Assembly (NCBI RefSeq): GCF_039654945.1
Contig: NW_027361696.1
Span: 19,592,001-19,656,000, forward strand
Source: Dendrobates tinctorius
Lineage: Eukaryota
Direction of reading: 5' to 3'
DNA: 64,000 bases
In this document: piece after piece, positions 28,993 to 41,600 of the stretch
How positions within the stretch are numbered: the first letter of the stretch is position 1
How the letters are laid out: every line of letters begins with the position of its first letter
Notes under the pieces: model-generated
What the model was told of the DNA's origin: nothing
The model's input: only the letters and a program-made list of their open reading frames with translations
The model's database searches: none
Position numbers and translations under genes: made by a program

Positions 28993-31900
28993 ATGGAGCA
29001 GAGACACCGGCAGATCCTGCAGCGGAACCGGGTGCGGCTTGTTACCGCCCTGCAGCTGGAGAATCTGTGGGACCAGCTGCTGGAGAAGGAGGTGTTCAGT
29101 ACGGACATGGTGGAGGAGATCCAGGTGAGGGGCAACAGGAAGGAGATTGGAGACTTTCAGATCCCCAGACGGGAAATCATCAAGACCCCCTGGCACAAAG
29201 AGTCCGACTGTAACCGCCACTGGGAACTTGTGATGAGCGGACCCCACCCCCAGTACTTGGAGTTTGGGGACGAGGGGACTCCCCCCTTCCCCAGCACCTG
29301 GAGTTTGGGGACGAGCGGACCCCTCAACCCCCCCCCCAGCACCTGGAGTTTGGGGACGAGCGGACTTCCCCAGTACCTGGAGTTTGGGGACGAGCGGACT
29401 AACCCCCCCCCCCCCCCCCCCCACAACCCCCCCCTTCCCCAGTACCTGGAGTTTGGGGGTGAGAGGAGAAACCCCCCCCCCCCCCCCCAGCCACACCAGT
29501 ACCTGGAGTTTGGGGACAAGCGCCCCCCCCCCCTTCCCCAGCACCTGGAGTTTGGGGACGAGCGGACTTAACCTCCCCCTCCCCCCAGTACCTGGAGTTT
29601 GGGGATGAGCGGACCCACCCCCCCCCACCTTCCCCAGTAGCTGGAGTTTGGGGATGAGCGGAGAAAACCCCCCCCCACCCCAGTACCTGGAGTGTTTGGG
29701 GACGAGCGGACTCCCCCCAAACCCCCCCCCCTTCCCCAGCACCTGGAGTTTGGCGGCGAGCGGACTCTCCCCCCTTCCCCAGTACCTGGAGTTTGGGGAC
29801 GAGCGGACCCCCCCCCCCCCCCCCAGTACCTGGAGTTTGGGGACGAGCGGACCCCCCCCCCCCCCCAGTACCTGGAGTTTGGGGACGAGCGGACCCCCCG
29901 GTACTGACCCCTTAGTACAAAGAGGTCGGGGTACGAGCGCACCCCTCCTCATAATATTGAGGAAGAGTCTCTTTGTTTCAGGCGGCTGGGACGCGGAGGG
30001 ATCAGGCGCGGCAGTTACTGATCGACCTGCAGAGCCGTGGCAGCGACGCCTTCCACCTGTTCCTGCAGTGTCTGCGCGGGTCTGGGCAGCATGACCTCGC
30101 TGACCTCTTGCAGGAAACCGGGAGCACGAGAGAGGCCAAGACACTGACTCCTCTGCCCCCAACACCGCTCCCCCCATCACCGCTCCCCAATATCCCAGAG
30201 CACAAAGGTCAGTCTTGTCCTGCACTCCCGCCTGTCTGCCTTCATTAACCCGCAGGCCCTGGATGAGCAGCGCAGTCACATTTTGACCTTTTTTTCCTTT
30301 AGATCACTTCGATCAGATGCCCAAACCAAAACTGCTGGACATGAAGACGGTGGGTGTCTATATATGTATACAGGTGACGGTATGGACAGTGCCAGGGGTA
30401 CACACTGTGGATCTGGGGCCGATGGAGTGGCGCTGACTGAACCCCCTTGCACTGCGAGTACCAGCACTGCCGCCATTCATTGTGCACACTGCCTCTGATG
30501 GGACAGTGAGAGGTTAATGGCACCGTTCTCTGTTGCCCACCCATAAATGCATGCCGTTTCTCTCCCTCAGGATTACCCCATGAATTTTGACCCCTGTGGC
30601 CGTTGCCTGATCATCAGTAACATGGCGTTCTCCGAAGTGTCCGGCCTGTCCTACCGCACCGGCTCCGACATCGACCGCGACAAGCTGCAGCGACGGATGA
30701 GCTCCTATCACTTCGATGTGACAGTGAAGAACAATCTGAAGGCGGCGGTGAGTGCGATAATCCAATAAATCCAATAATCCAGGACGTCTGCTAATCCGGC
30801 ACTGCTCTGTGTACACAGGAGATCCACACGGAGCTGCAGAGCCTGGCCGCCGCGGAGCACAGCGAGCGGGACTGCTGCCTGGTGATCATCTTATCCCACG
30901 GTTGCGAGGTGAGTGCCCCCTGAGCGCCACACTATCCTGGACCACCATGTGCTGGATTAATGGAATTTTTCTCTGCAAATGTTATTTTTTTTCCTCCCCT
31001 CCAGACCAGACACACTCGGTTTCCTGGTGGGGTGTTTGGGACGGACGGGGTGCGGATCCCCGTGGAGCGGATTGTCAATTACTTCAACGGCTCCAACTGC
31101 CCCGGTCTGCGGGGAAAGCCCAAGCTGTTCTTCATCCAGGCCTGCGGGGGAGGTGCGGAGCTCGAGCTGCTTTCCACATGTTACACGCTAGCTATTTTTC
31201 ACTGGTATCAACCATCTTCATATGGTGATGGACTGACTGTATTCACCTGTCCCACAGTCGTCTGCTCTCTGTTGTCAGTCATTTTAGGGTGATCCAGAAT
31301 ACTGAATCCTTCAGCCCCATGATTCCTCCCTCGTGTCACAGATCAGCCGCTCCTGTTATTATGCTCATGCGCTGATATAAGGCTGACAGTGGGTAGTGCT
31401 GCCCCCTGCTGATCTCTGTATGACTGCTGGTCCATGTGTGTGTGACTGACGGACGCGGATGTTGGGCAGTGCTGCCTCCTGCTGGTCCGTGTGTCTATGA
31501 TTGATGGCTGCTCCCCTCCAGACCAGACACACTCGGTTTCCTGGTGGGGTGTATGACTGTCTGTATGACTGATGGGCAGTGCTGCTCCCTGCTGGTCCAT
31601 GTGTGTGTGACTGACGGACGCGGATGTTGGGCAGTGCTGCCTCCTGCTGGTCCGTGTGTCTATGATTGATGGGCAGTGCTGTCCCCTGCTGGTCCGTGTG
31701 TGTATGGCTGATGGGCGCTGATGATGGGCAGTGCTGCCCTCTGCTGGTTCGTGTGTGTGTATGACTGATGGATGCTGATCTGTTTCTTTTAATTCATCTT
31801 TGTAGAGGAGAAGGACAGAGGTTGCACCGTGGATTTGGGGGACTCGGGGGATCAGCTCCTTTACTCTCACACTAATTCCTTACAAAGCGACGCCACCGCT

Positions 31901-33077
31901 GTCCCTCCGGATAAGAAAGACGCCGATGAGACGGACGCTCAGGCCATCTTGCCCACGACCAGTGATATCCTGGTGTCCTATTCCTCCTACCCAGGTTGTT
32001 ATTTCGGAGATAGCAGGACAGAAATTCTCAGGATTATTCGGATCTGATATTTTTGCGCCTTCTCTTTTCCGTCCACTCCAGGTTTTGTGTCTTGGAGGGA
32101 GACGAGGAGCGGCTCTTGGTACGTGGAGAATCTGGATGACATCTTGGCTCAGTGTTCTGGGACCTTTGATCTGCAGTCGATGCTGGTGATGGTGAGAATC
32201 TCGTCTGTGGCGTAGACCTCCTGCTTTCTTCCATGAAGTCCCAGCACGTGGCGCTGTTATACGGCAGGCGGTACCGACCGGGGCTGACTGCGGTGGCTGC
32301 CGTTAACTCCTTACAGGCTGCTGTCAGCCTCTGTGAGCCCCAGCGAGGAGGTTGGGTTCTGCTGACTGCTTTCGCCCCTGCACTGTTGAGGCCCCAGTAT
32401 AGGACGCAGGCTGAAGTTTGCTGGGAGGTATAACAAAAAGTTTTGAAAAGTTAAAAAAAAAAAAAAAAAAGTATCATTTTAATCACCTGACTTTAACTCT
32501 TTAAAATTAGACATTGAAAATAAATGTAGCGTCTTGATAAATGTCACTGTCGCGGGGTGGGGATGCGGTTCTTGGACATTTGTACGGGGTGTATTGTGGC
32601 GGTGCCTAATATAGGAATGGCCCGTTACCTCTCTCTGCCTCATTTTTGATGTATATAGAATAATCCAGATTGCGGCAGAAAATGTGAGCAGCTCGCTTTA
32701 CAGCCTACAGTAAAATTGAATGTTCTGACCTTCTTATCTAGTTGGTAAGGAGCAAGTGACAGATGATGGTCCTGTCAGTAATGCAACAGTGAGGGGCGGG
32801 GATATCTGCGGGGGGCTGTGATGTTGGGGTGAGGGGCGGGGTTATCTGTGGGGGGGGGCCATGATGCAAGGGTGAGGGGTGGGGGGGCCGGGATTTCACA
32901 CACTAAGGGGTGGGGTTGTCTGTGGGGTTGTCTGTGGGGGTCCGCTCTATTGGTGGTGCCTGATGATATGTTCTTATACTGCAGGTTGCAGACAGGGTCG
33001 CTGTTAAAGGAACGTACAAGCAGATCCCAGTATACTTTAACTCTCTCCGGAAGAGATTTTTCTTCAGAACAGACTGA
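28993..33077 (+). CDS. casp9: caspase-9, 9 coding exons, 403 aa
   Basis: Exons 28993-29124, 29982-30207, 30303-30349, 30571-30747, 30819-30908, 31005-31152, 31806-31994, 32082-32191, 32985-33077 join in frame (1212 nt), all GT-AG. CARD domain ([16 protein letters not shown]...[18 protein letters not shown]), catalytic SHG and the caspase-9-type QACGG pentapeptide, GSWYVE, and C-terminal KGTYKQIP...LRKRFFF. The small exon 3 is the least certain. Confidence 0.96.
29235..29900. repeat. C-rich minisatellite in casp9 intron 1
   Basis: CCCCAGTACCTGGAGTTTGGGGACGAGCGGAC units separated by poly-C tracts. Confidence 0.92.
31385..31780. repeat. degenerate 40-55-bp minisatellite in casp9 intron 6
   Basis: Recurrent GGGCAGTGCTGCCCCTGCTGGTCCGTGTGTGTATGACTGAT. 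Confidence 0.8.
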
Positions 33078-33979
33078 CTCTGGTGGCAATGCCCCCTTCT
33101 GGTGAGTCGTTCTGTATCGGCGGGAAGAACAGAGAGACATTGGGTAATGTCCTCAGGGTCGGAGCGTTTTACCTGTAAGAAGGAGGCGACGGATGTGTAA
33201 TAATCACTGGTCCTACATCACTCCTGGTGGCACAATGAAGGGCACGAGGACCCCGCTCCATCCCGCCCCACTCTGTCCCGCTGTAAGAATGCGGATTTTG
33301 TATTTTTTTTTGTGAAAATAATAATAAAAAAAACAGTGATGATCTTCAGTGCGTTCTTCATTGCTCCGGCGGTAATCTCCAGAATGCCGCCGCTCTGCAC
33401 GTGAGCTTCCCGCTTGTTACAATGTATCAACCTGCAGTCACAGAATTGTATACACTGGATGCAACTGTATCAAACCTTCAGCTGCGAGAAGTATTTCGGC
33501 AGGCAGAAGGTATAATAAAAAAAATGTACCCATTCACTAACAGCAAGCGCAGATATGTAGAACAATGAGAAAGCTGCAGAGGGGTTCGGTCACTGCCCCT
33601 CAGATTAGGACTCAGGGCAGTGAGAACCGCGCAGTTGCTGCGATGTGGTTGGCTGTGAATCATCCTTGGGGCAGAGCATTTCCTGCCAGAATAAACAGCC
33701 GGAGATAAGACCTGTGTGATTTATTAACAAAGGTATACAACACTTCAAGGAATTTTCCATTCCGGCCCATGAATTCCCAGATTGTTTCATGACAGGAGCA
33801 TGAATCGTCCATGCAGACGGGAGAGGAGGCGGCGGCTGCTCCACATTTGCTCCGAGTGAGTCGGTCTCTACAGTGATGGGAATCGTAGTTCTGTGCTTGG
33901 GTTCTCGCTGGTCACAGACCTATCAACAACTGTGTTCCCATGACAACACTGTATGGGCATTGACAAATCAGACCTCTGC

Positions 33980-34885
33980 TGATGATAGCCCATCCCTGTA
34001 ATGTCTCATACTGACACCTCAGCTGAGGATAGCCCGTCAGTGTAAGGTCTCATGCCGACGCCTCAGCTGAGGATAGCCCGTCAGTGTAAGGTCTCATGCC
34101 GACGCCTCAGCTGAGGATAGCCCGTCAGTGTAAGGTCTCATGCCGACTCCTCAGCTGAGGATAGCCCGACAGTGTAAGGTCTCATGCCGACGCCTCAGCT
34201 GAGGATAGCCCGTCATGTAGAGTCTTATATTGAGGCCTCGGCTCAGGACAGCTCATCAGTGCAGTGTCTTCTATTGAGGCCTCAGTTCAGGATAGCCCAT
34301 CAATGTAGGGTCTTATATTGAGCCCTCGGCTGAGGAAAGCCTATCAGTGTAGGGTCTTACATTGAGGCCTTGACTGAGGATAGTCCATCAGTGTAAGGTC
34401 TCATACTGACGCTTCGGTTGAGGATAGTCCATCAGTATAAGGTTTCATACAGACGCCTCAGCTGAGGATAGCCCATCAGTGTAAGGTCTCATACTGACGC
34501 CTCAGCTGTGGATAGCTCATCAGTGTAGGGTCTTGTACTGAGGGCTCAGCTCAGGATAAGCCCATCAGTGTAAGGTCTTATATTGAGCCCTCGGCTGAGG
34601 ATGGCCCCCATCAGTGTAGCTTCTTATATTGAGCCCTCGGCTGAGGATGGCCCCCATCAGTGTAGCTTCTTATATTGAGCCCTCGGCTGAGGATGGCCCC
34701 CATCCGTGTAGCTTCTTATATTGAGCCCTCGACTGTGGATGGCCCATCAGTGTAGGGTCTTATATTGAGCCCTCGGCTGAGGATGTCCCGTCAGTGTAGG
34801 GTCTTATATTGAGCCCTCGGCTGAGGATAGCCCATCAGTGTAGGGTCTTATATTGAGGCCTCATCTGAGGATAGCCCATCAGTGT
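33980..34885. repeat. 44-bp minisatellite between casp9 and the protease gene
   Basis: Unit CCTCAGCTGAGGATAGCCCGTCAGTGTAAGGTCTCATGCCGACG, about 20 copies. Confidence 0.92.
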
Positions 34886-34939
34886 GTGGTCTGCACACAC
34901 ATATGAGGATAGTGGCCTCGTCCTGTGAATCTTGCACTT

Positions 34940-35169
34940 TCCGCACATCTGTCCCAGATCTCTCACCGGCTCGGTCACACAAGGTAAACACTTTCTTATC
35001 TCGTCCAAGAGTAATGACTTCTAGGAGCAGGTTCTGCGTCCTCGGAGAGCAATGTGGAGGGGTCTCATTGGCCGGTCCTATCTCCCTGGTGCGGGTCATT
35101 ATGGCAGAGAGTCAGATCCGCTCTCTATATAATCAGTGCTTGGGGTCCGGGTGGATCTGACACATCACG
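34940..35169 (+). promoter_or_regulatory. TATA-containing promoter of the pancreatic protease gene
   Basis: TATATAA at 35126-35132, ~40 nt before the ATG. Upstream are an E-box CATCTG (~34946), a forkhead-type GTAAACA (34984-34990) and a GATA-type TTATCT (34996-35001). Confidence 0.55.
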
Positions 35170-37383
35170 ATGATGAAGCTCGTGGTTCTCGCTCTCTGTC
35201 TGGCTTACGGTAGGTTACGGCTCCTCCAGCTTCGCTTTGCTCCCCAGTCCCCCATGATCAGTGCTCATTCACCCCTCTTATGTCTTCCAGCCTACAGCTG
35301 CGGTGTTCCGGCCGTGCAGCCCATACTGTCTCGAGTGGTGAATGGCCACGATGTGCGAGAACACAGCTGGCCATGGCAGGTGTGGACCGGAGACCTGAGA
35401 CCTCCCAGGCCACAGACTGAATACTTCTCTAACCAGGTTCTCTTTCCTTTTCTCTAGGTTTCCCTGCAGTACCAAGGCAGCAGCGGAGCCTGGGGCCACA
35501 CCTGTGGCGGCACCCTGATTTCTGACCGCTGGGTCCTGACTGCTGCCCACTGTATCAGGTATTGTCCTCATACCGAGCAATTCCAGGCCCACCTGTATGT
35601 GAGGGAATTGCACTGTGAGCGATTGCCCGGTGTCCTTTCTTTTTTTGGAATTGCTTGTTTTGACCCTTCCGTGACTACAGATTGCTAAGCACTGTCCAGG
35701 GGTCATACACAGGATACAGAGCCCGGGTGGTCTGCCTTTATAGGGCAATATTCCAACACCCTGATGCCAGGATGAGTAATAATCCCTCCTTTCCTCCAGC
35801 GCTGGCCGAGTCTACAGAGTCCTGGTCGGAAAGCACAACCTGAAGGAAGAGGAGGAAGGATCCGCCGCCATCGGTACCGAGAAGATCTTTGTCCACGAGA
35901 AATTCACCTCCTTCCTGATCATCAGGTAAGTAACATCCCGGCTCCCGAAAACCTGCAGACAGGGGCCCCGCCATGTCCAGGGGCCAACCAGGACTGCACT
36001 AATGCCACACTTATGTGAATCTCAGTAACGATATCGCCATCATCAAGCTGGCCGAGCCCGCCAAACTCAGCGACACTGTGCAGCCCGCCTGCATTCCTGC
36101 TGATGGCGCCATCCTGCCACACGACTTCCCCTGCTATGTCACCGGGTGGGGACGTCTGTACAGTGAGTAATGACGGCAGCATGCCTCACATATACCGTCA
36201 CGTGTCTACTAGTGTCCATTACTGATACTTTGTTCTGCAGCCAACGGACCCATCGCTGACAATCTTCAGCAGGCTCTTCTTCCCGTGGTCGAACACGCTG
36301 TCTGCAGCAGGTCCGACTGGTGGAGCTTCCAAGTACAAAATAGCATGATCTGCGCTGGAGGTGATGGCATCGTGTCTGGATGCAACGTAAGAACATATCA
36401 ATTACATTACATAACCTGTATTATGCTCCAGAGCTGCACTCACTATTCTGCTGGTGCAATCACTGTGTGCATACATTACATTACTGATCCTGAGTTAACA
36501 TCCTGTATTATTCTCCAGAGCTGCACTCACTATTCTGCTGGTGCAGTCACTGTGTACATACATTACATTACTGGTCCTGAGTTACATCCTGTATTATACT
36601 CCAGAGCTGCACTCACTATTCTGCTGGTGCAGTCACTGTGTACATACATTACATTACTGGTCCTGAGTTACATCCTGTATTATACTCCAGAGCTGCACTC
36701 ACTATTCTGCTGGCGCAGTCACTGTGTACATACATTACATTACTGGTCCTGAGTTACATCCTGTATTATACTCCAGAGCTGCACTCACTATTCTGCTGGT
36801 GCAGTCACTGTGTACATACATTACATTACTGGTCCTGAGTTACATCCTGTATTATACTCCAGAGCTGCAGTCACTGTTCTGCTTACACCAGGCACTGTAG
36901 AGTGATCTGTACTTTATTAAAAGATAAATTGTTCCTTCTCCAGCAGCTTGCTGATAGTTTCCATTAACAAGCAGATGATTTGTGCCTTCAGCATATGACG
37001 TGAGCACTGCTCTTTCGTGTCTACTCACAGGGAGACTCCGGCGGACCTCTGAACTGTCAGGCTTCTAATGGATCCTGGGAAGTCCACGGCATTGTCAGCT
37101 TTGGCTCCGGAATCAGCTGCAACTACGAGAAGAAGCCAACCGTCTTCACCCGCGTGTCCGCCTTTCTGGACTGGATCAACGATGTGAGTGTCAGGGAGGA
37201 TACAGGCAGTGGCGTCATGTCTGGGGGATTTGGATACTGCGAGGATTGTCACTGCCGTATCAGTCATGTTGTCAGTGGGACGTTTCTAGTCAGATCCATC
37301 ATTATTGTATCTGCACGACAATGACACATTGTTACATTGTTTCACATATGATCGTTTATTTACAGAAAATCGTCAACAACTAA
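35170..37383 (+). CDS. ctrc: pancreatic chymotrypsin-C / chymotrypsin-like elastase family serine protease, 8 exons, 269 aa
   Basis: Exons 35170-35209, 35291-35379, 35458-35558, 35800-35925, 36026-36162, 36241-36386, 37031-37183, 37366-37383 (810 nt). Signal peptide [16 protein letters not shown], activation peptide [16 protein letters not shown], catalytic triad motifs [26 protein letters not shown] and [13 protein letters not shown] resemble CTRC more than CELA2. Family is certain; exact orthology needs a tree. AATAAA at 37486-37491. Confidence 0.85.
36400..36882. repeat. 86-bp tandem repeat in protease intron 6
   Basis: CATACATTACATTACTGGTCCTGAGTTACATCCTGTATTATACTCCAGAGCTGCACTCAC... repeated about 5.5 times. 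Confidence 0.92.
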
Positions 37384-37529
37384 GAGTCTACGAGAGACAA
37401 TATCCAGCCTCATCCGCAGATCATGGGGGCATCTGATCAGTATCATTTTCCTGTTACTGTACTCACAGTGTAATAAGCACGGACCAATAAACAAACGGAG
37501 AAACTGAGCCTCGTATTAAGTCTTTATCT

Positions 37530-38205
37530 GCTGTATCTAATCCTATCCTGTGATACTCCCTGCTGAGCTGTGTATCTAATCCTATCCTGTGATACTCCCT
37601 ACTGAGCTGTGTATTTAATCCTATCCTGTGATACTCCCTGCTGAGCTGTGTATCTAATCCTATCCTGTGATACTACCTGCTGAGCCGTGTATCTAATCCT
37701 ATCCTGTGATACTCCCTGCTGAGCCGTGTATCTAATCCTCTCGTGTGTGATATTCCCTGCTGAGCTGTGTATCTAATCCTATTCTGTGCGATGCTGTCTG
37801 CTGAGCCCTGTATCTAATCCTATCCTGTAATACTGTTTGCTGAGCTGTGTATCTAATCCTCTCCTGTGTGATACTCCCTGCTGAGCTGTGTATCTAATCC
37901 TATCCTATATGATACTGTCTGCTGAGCCGTGTTTCTAATCCTATCCTGTGTGATACCGTCTCCAGGGCTGTGTATCTAATGCTCTCCTGTGATACTGTCT
38001 GCTGTACTTTATCTAATCCTATCTTGTGTGATATTGACTGCTGAGCCGTGTATCTTTTCCTATCCCGTGTGATACCGTCTCCAGAGCTGTGTATCTAATC
38101 CTATCCTGTGTGATACAGTCTGCTGAACTGTGTAGCTAATCCTACCTTGTGTAATACTGTCTACTGAGCTGTGTATCTAATCCTACCCTGTGTAATACTG
38201 TCACT
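37530..38205. repeat. ~40-bp minisatellite
   Basis: Recurrent CTGAGCTGTGTATCTAATCCTATCCTGTGATACTCCCTG. Confidence 0.9.
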
Positions 38206-38229
38206 GGAGCTGAGAGGGGCATAATTCAG

Positions 38230-38670
38230 TCAGGGGGTAACGTGCTCCTGGAATCACCAAACCCAGACTCTTCCATCAGACTCAGATAGAGAAGTGCGAT
38301 CCGTCACTGCACAGAACACGTCTCTTCCAGAGTCCAGTGGTAGCGGCTTTACACCACTCTACCCGACGCTCGATATTGTTGTTGGTGGTGTACGACTGCA
38401 TACACCCGCTCGGCCATGAAGCTCCCGGTGGGGGCACAGCGTTTATACCAGAGGAGGTCTGGACTCTGCAGTTATAGGTCAGCAGAGCCATGGCGACTCT
38501 TCTGCCATCTACTCCTCAGCATTCTGTCACCGCTCTGTAACATTACGGGGGCTCTGCTTCATAGCTGTGTTGCTGCGGGTCCTGCCACTTAAAGTCACTC
38601 ACAGGTGATGGAGGAAGAAATGTCATGGACAGACTTGTTACTCCGGTGGCTCCTATTTCAGAACTGCTCC
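38230..38670. mobile_element. degenerate Tc1-like fragment
   Basis: Minus-strand peptide RRVEWCKA...WKRRVLCSDGSHFSI resembles the Tc1 W..VL.SDES.F motif. Confidence 0.55.
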
Positions 38671-41600
38671 GCACCACTGATCGCTCTGATATCAGTGAGC
38701 TCTGCACCACCGATTGCTCTGGTATCTGTGAGCTCTGCACCACCGACTGCTCTGGTATCTGTGAGCTCTGCACCACTGACTGCTCTGGTATCTGTGAGCT
38801 CTGCACCACCAGCCCCTCTGGTATCAGTGAGCTCTGCACCACCGACTGCTCTGGTATCAGTGAGCTCTGCACCACCGGCCACTCTGGTATCAGTGAGCTC
38901 TGCACCACCGGCCACTCTGGTATCAGTGAGCTCTGCACCACCGGCCACTCTGCTATCAGAGAGCTCTGCACCACTGGCCGCTCTGGTATCTGTGAGCTCT
39001 GCACCACCGGCCGCTCTGGTATCAGTGAGCTCTGCACCACCGGCCGCTCTGGTATCAGTGAGCTCTGCACCACCGGCCGCTCTGGTATCAGTGAGCTCTG
39101 CACCACCGGCCGCTCTGGTATCAGTGAGCTCTGCACCACCGGCCGCTCTGGTATCAGTGAGCTCTGCACCACCGACCGCTCTGGTATCAGTGAGCTCTGC
39201 ACCACCGACCGCTCTGGTATCAGTGAGCTCTGCACCACCGGCCGCTCTGGTATCAGTGAGCTCTGTACCACCGGCCGCTCTGCTATCAGAGAGCTCTGCA
39301 CCACCGGCCGCTCTGGTATCGGTGAGCTCTGCACCACCGGCCACTCTGGTATCGGTGAGCTCTGCACCACCGGCCACTCTGGTATCAGTGAGCTCTGCAC
39401 CACCGACCGCTCTGGTATCAGTGAGCTCTGCACCACCGACCGCTCTGGTATCAGTGAGCTCTGTACCACCAGCCACTCTGCTATCAGAGAGCTCTGCACC
39501 ACCAGCCGCTCTGCTATCAGAGAGCTCTGCACCACCAGCCGCTCTGCTATCAGTGAGCTCTGCACCACCAGCCGCTCTGGTATCAGTGAGCTCTGCACCA
39601 CCTGCCACTTTGGTATCAGAGAGCTCTGCACCACCGGCCGCTCTGGTATCGGTGAGCTCTGCTCCACCGGCCGCTCTGGTATCTGTGAGCTCTGCACCAC
39701 CAGCCGCTCTGGTATCAGTGAGCTCTGCACCACCTGCCGCTCTGGTATCTGTGAGCTCTGCACCACCAGCCGCTCTGGTATCAGTGAGCTCTGCACCACC
39801 TGCCGCTCTGGTATCTGTGAGCTCTGCTCCACCGACCGCTCTGGTATCAGTGAGCTCTGCACCACCGACCGCTCTGGTATCAGTGAGCTCTGTACCACCA
39901 GCCACTCTGCTATCAGAGAGCTCTGTACCACCAGCCACTCTGCTATCAGAGAGCTCTGCACCACCAGCCGCTCTGCTATCAGTGAGCTCTGCACCACCAG
40001 CCGCTCTGGTATCAGTGAGCTCTGCACCACCTGCCACTTTGGTATCAGAGAGCTCTGCACCACCGGCCGCTCTGGTATCGGTGAGCTCTGCTCCACCGGC
40101 CGCTCTGGTATCTGTGAGCTCTGCACCACCAGCCGCTCTGGTATCAGTGAGCTCTGCACCACCTGCCGCTCTGGTATCTGTGAGCTCTGCACCACCAGCC
40201 GCTCTGGTATCTGTGAGCTCTGCACCACCAGCCGCTCTGGTATCAGTGAGCTCTGCACCACCGGCCGCTCTGGTGTCAGTGAGCTCTGCACCACCTGCCA
40301 CTCTGGTATCAGAGAGCTCTGCACCACCGGCCGCTCTGGTATCGGTGAGCTCTGCACCACCGGCCGCTCTGGTGTCGGTGAGCTCTGCACCACCTGCCAC
40401 TCTGGTATCAGAGAGCTCTGCACCACCGGCCGCTCTGGTATCTGTGAGCTCTACACCACCGGCCACTCTGGTGTCAGTGAGCTTTGCACCACCGGCCACT
40501 CTGGTGTCAGTGAGCTCTGCACCACCGGCCACTCTGGTATCAGTGAGCTCTGCACCACCGGCCACTCTGGTATCAGTGAGCTCTGCACCACCGGCCACTC
40601 TGGTATCAGTGAGCTCTGCACCACCGACCGCTCTGGTATCAGTGAGCTCTGCACCACCGACCGCTCTGCACCACCGGCCGCTCTGGTGTCAGTGAGCTCT
40701 GCACCACCTGCCAGTCTGGTATCAGAGAGCTCTGCACCACCGGCCGCTCTGGTATCTGTGAGCTCTACACCACCGGCCACTCTGGTGTCAGTGAGCTTTG
40801 CACCACCGGCCACTCTGGTGTCAGTGAGCTCTGCACCACCGGCCACTCTGGTATCAGTGAGCTCTGCACCACCGGCCACTCTGGTATCAGTGAGCTCTGC
40901 ACCACCGGCCACTCTGGTATCAGTGAGCTCTGCACCACCGACTGCTCTGGTATCAGTGAGCTCTGCACCACCGACCGCTCTGGTATCAGTGAGCTCTGTA
41001 CCACCAGCCACTCTGCTATCAGTGAGCTCTGCACCACCGGCCGCTCTGGTATCTGTGAGCTCTACACCACCGGCCACTCTGGTGTCAGTGAGCTCTGCAC
41101 CACCGGCCGCTCTGGTATCAGTGAGCTCTACACCACCGGCCACTCTGCTATCAGTGAGCTCTGCACCACCGGCCGCTCTGGTATCTGTGAGCTCTACACC
41201 ACCGGCCACTCTGGTGTCAGTGAGCTTTGCACCACCGGCCACTCTGGTGTCAGTGAGCTCTGCACCACCGGCCACTCTGGTATCAGTGAGCTCTGCACCA
41301 CCGGCCACTCTGGTGTCAGTGAGCTCTGCACCACCGGCCACTCTGGTATCAGTGAGCTCTGCACCACCGGCCACTCTGGTATCAGTGAGCTCTGCACCAC
41401 CGGCCACTCTGGTATCAGTGAGCTCTGCACCACCGACTGCTCTGGTATCAGTGAGCTCTGCACCACCGACCGCTCTGGTATCAGTGAGCTCTGTACCACC
41501 AGCCACTCTGCTATCAGTGAGCTCTGCGCCACCGGTCGCTCTGGTATCAGAGAGCTCTGCACAACCGGATGCTCTGGTATCAGTGAGCTCTGCACCACCG

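Noticed and set aside
28693-30279. 528-aa minus-strand ORF antisense to casp9
   Set aside because: It is built from the G/C-tract minisatellite and GC-rich antisense exon sequence; no recognisable domain.
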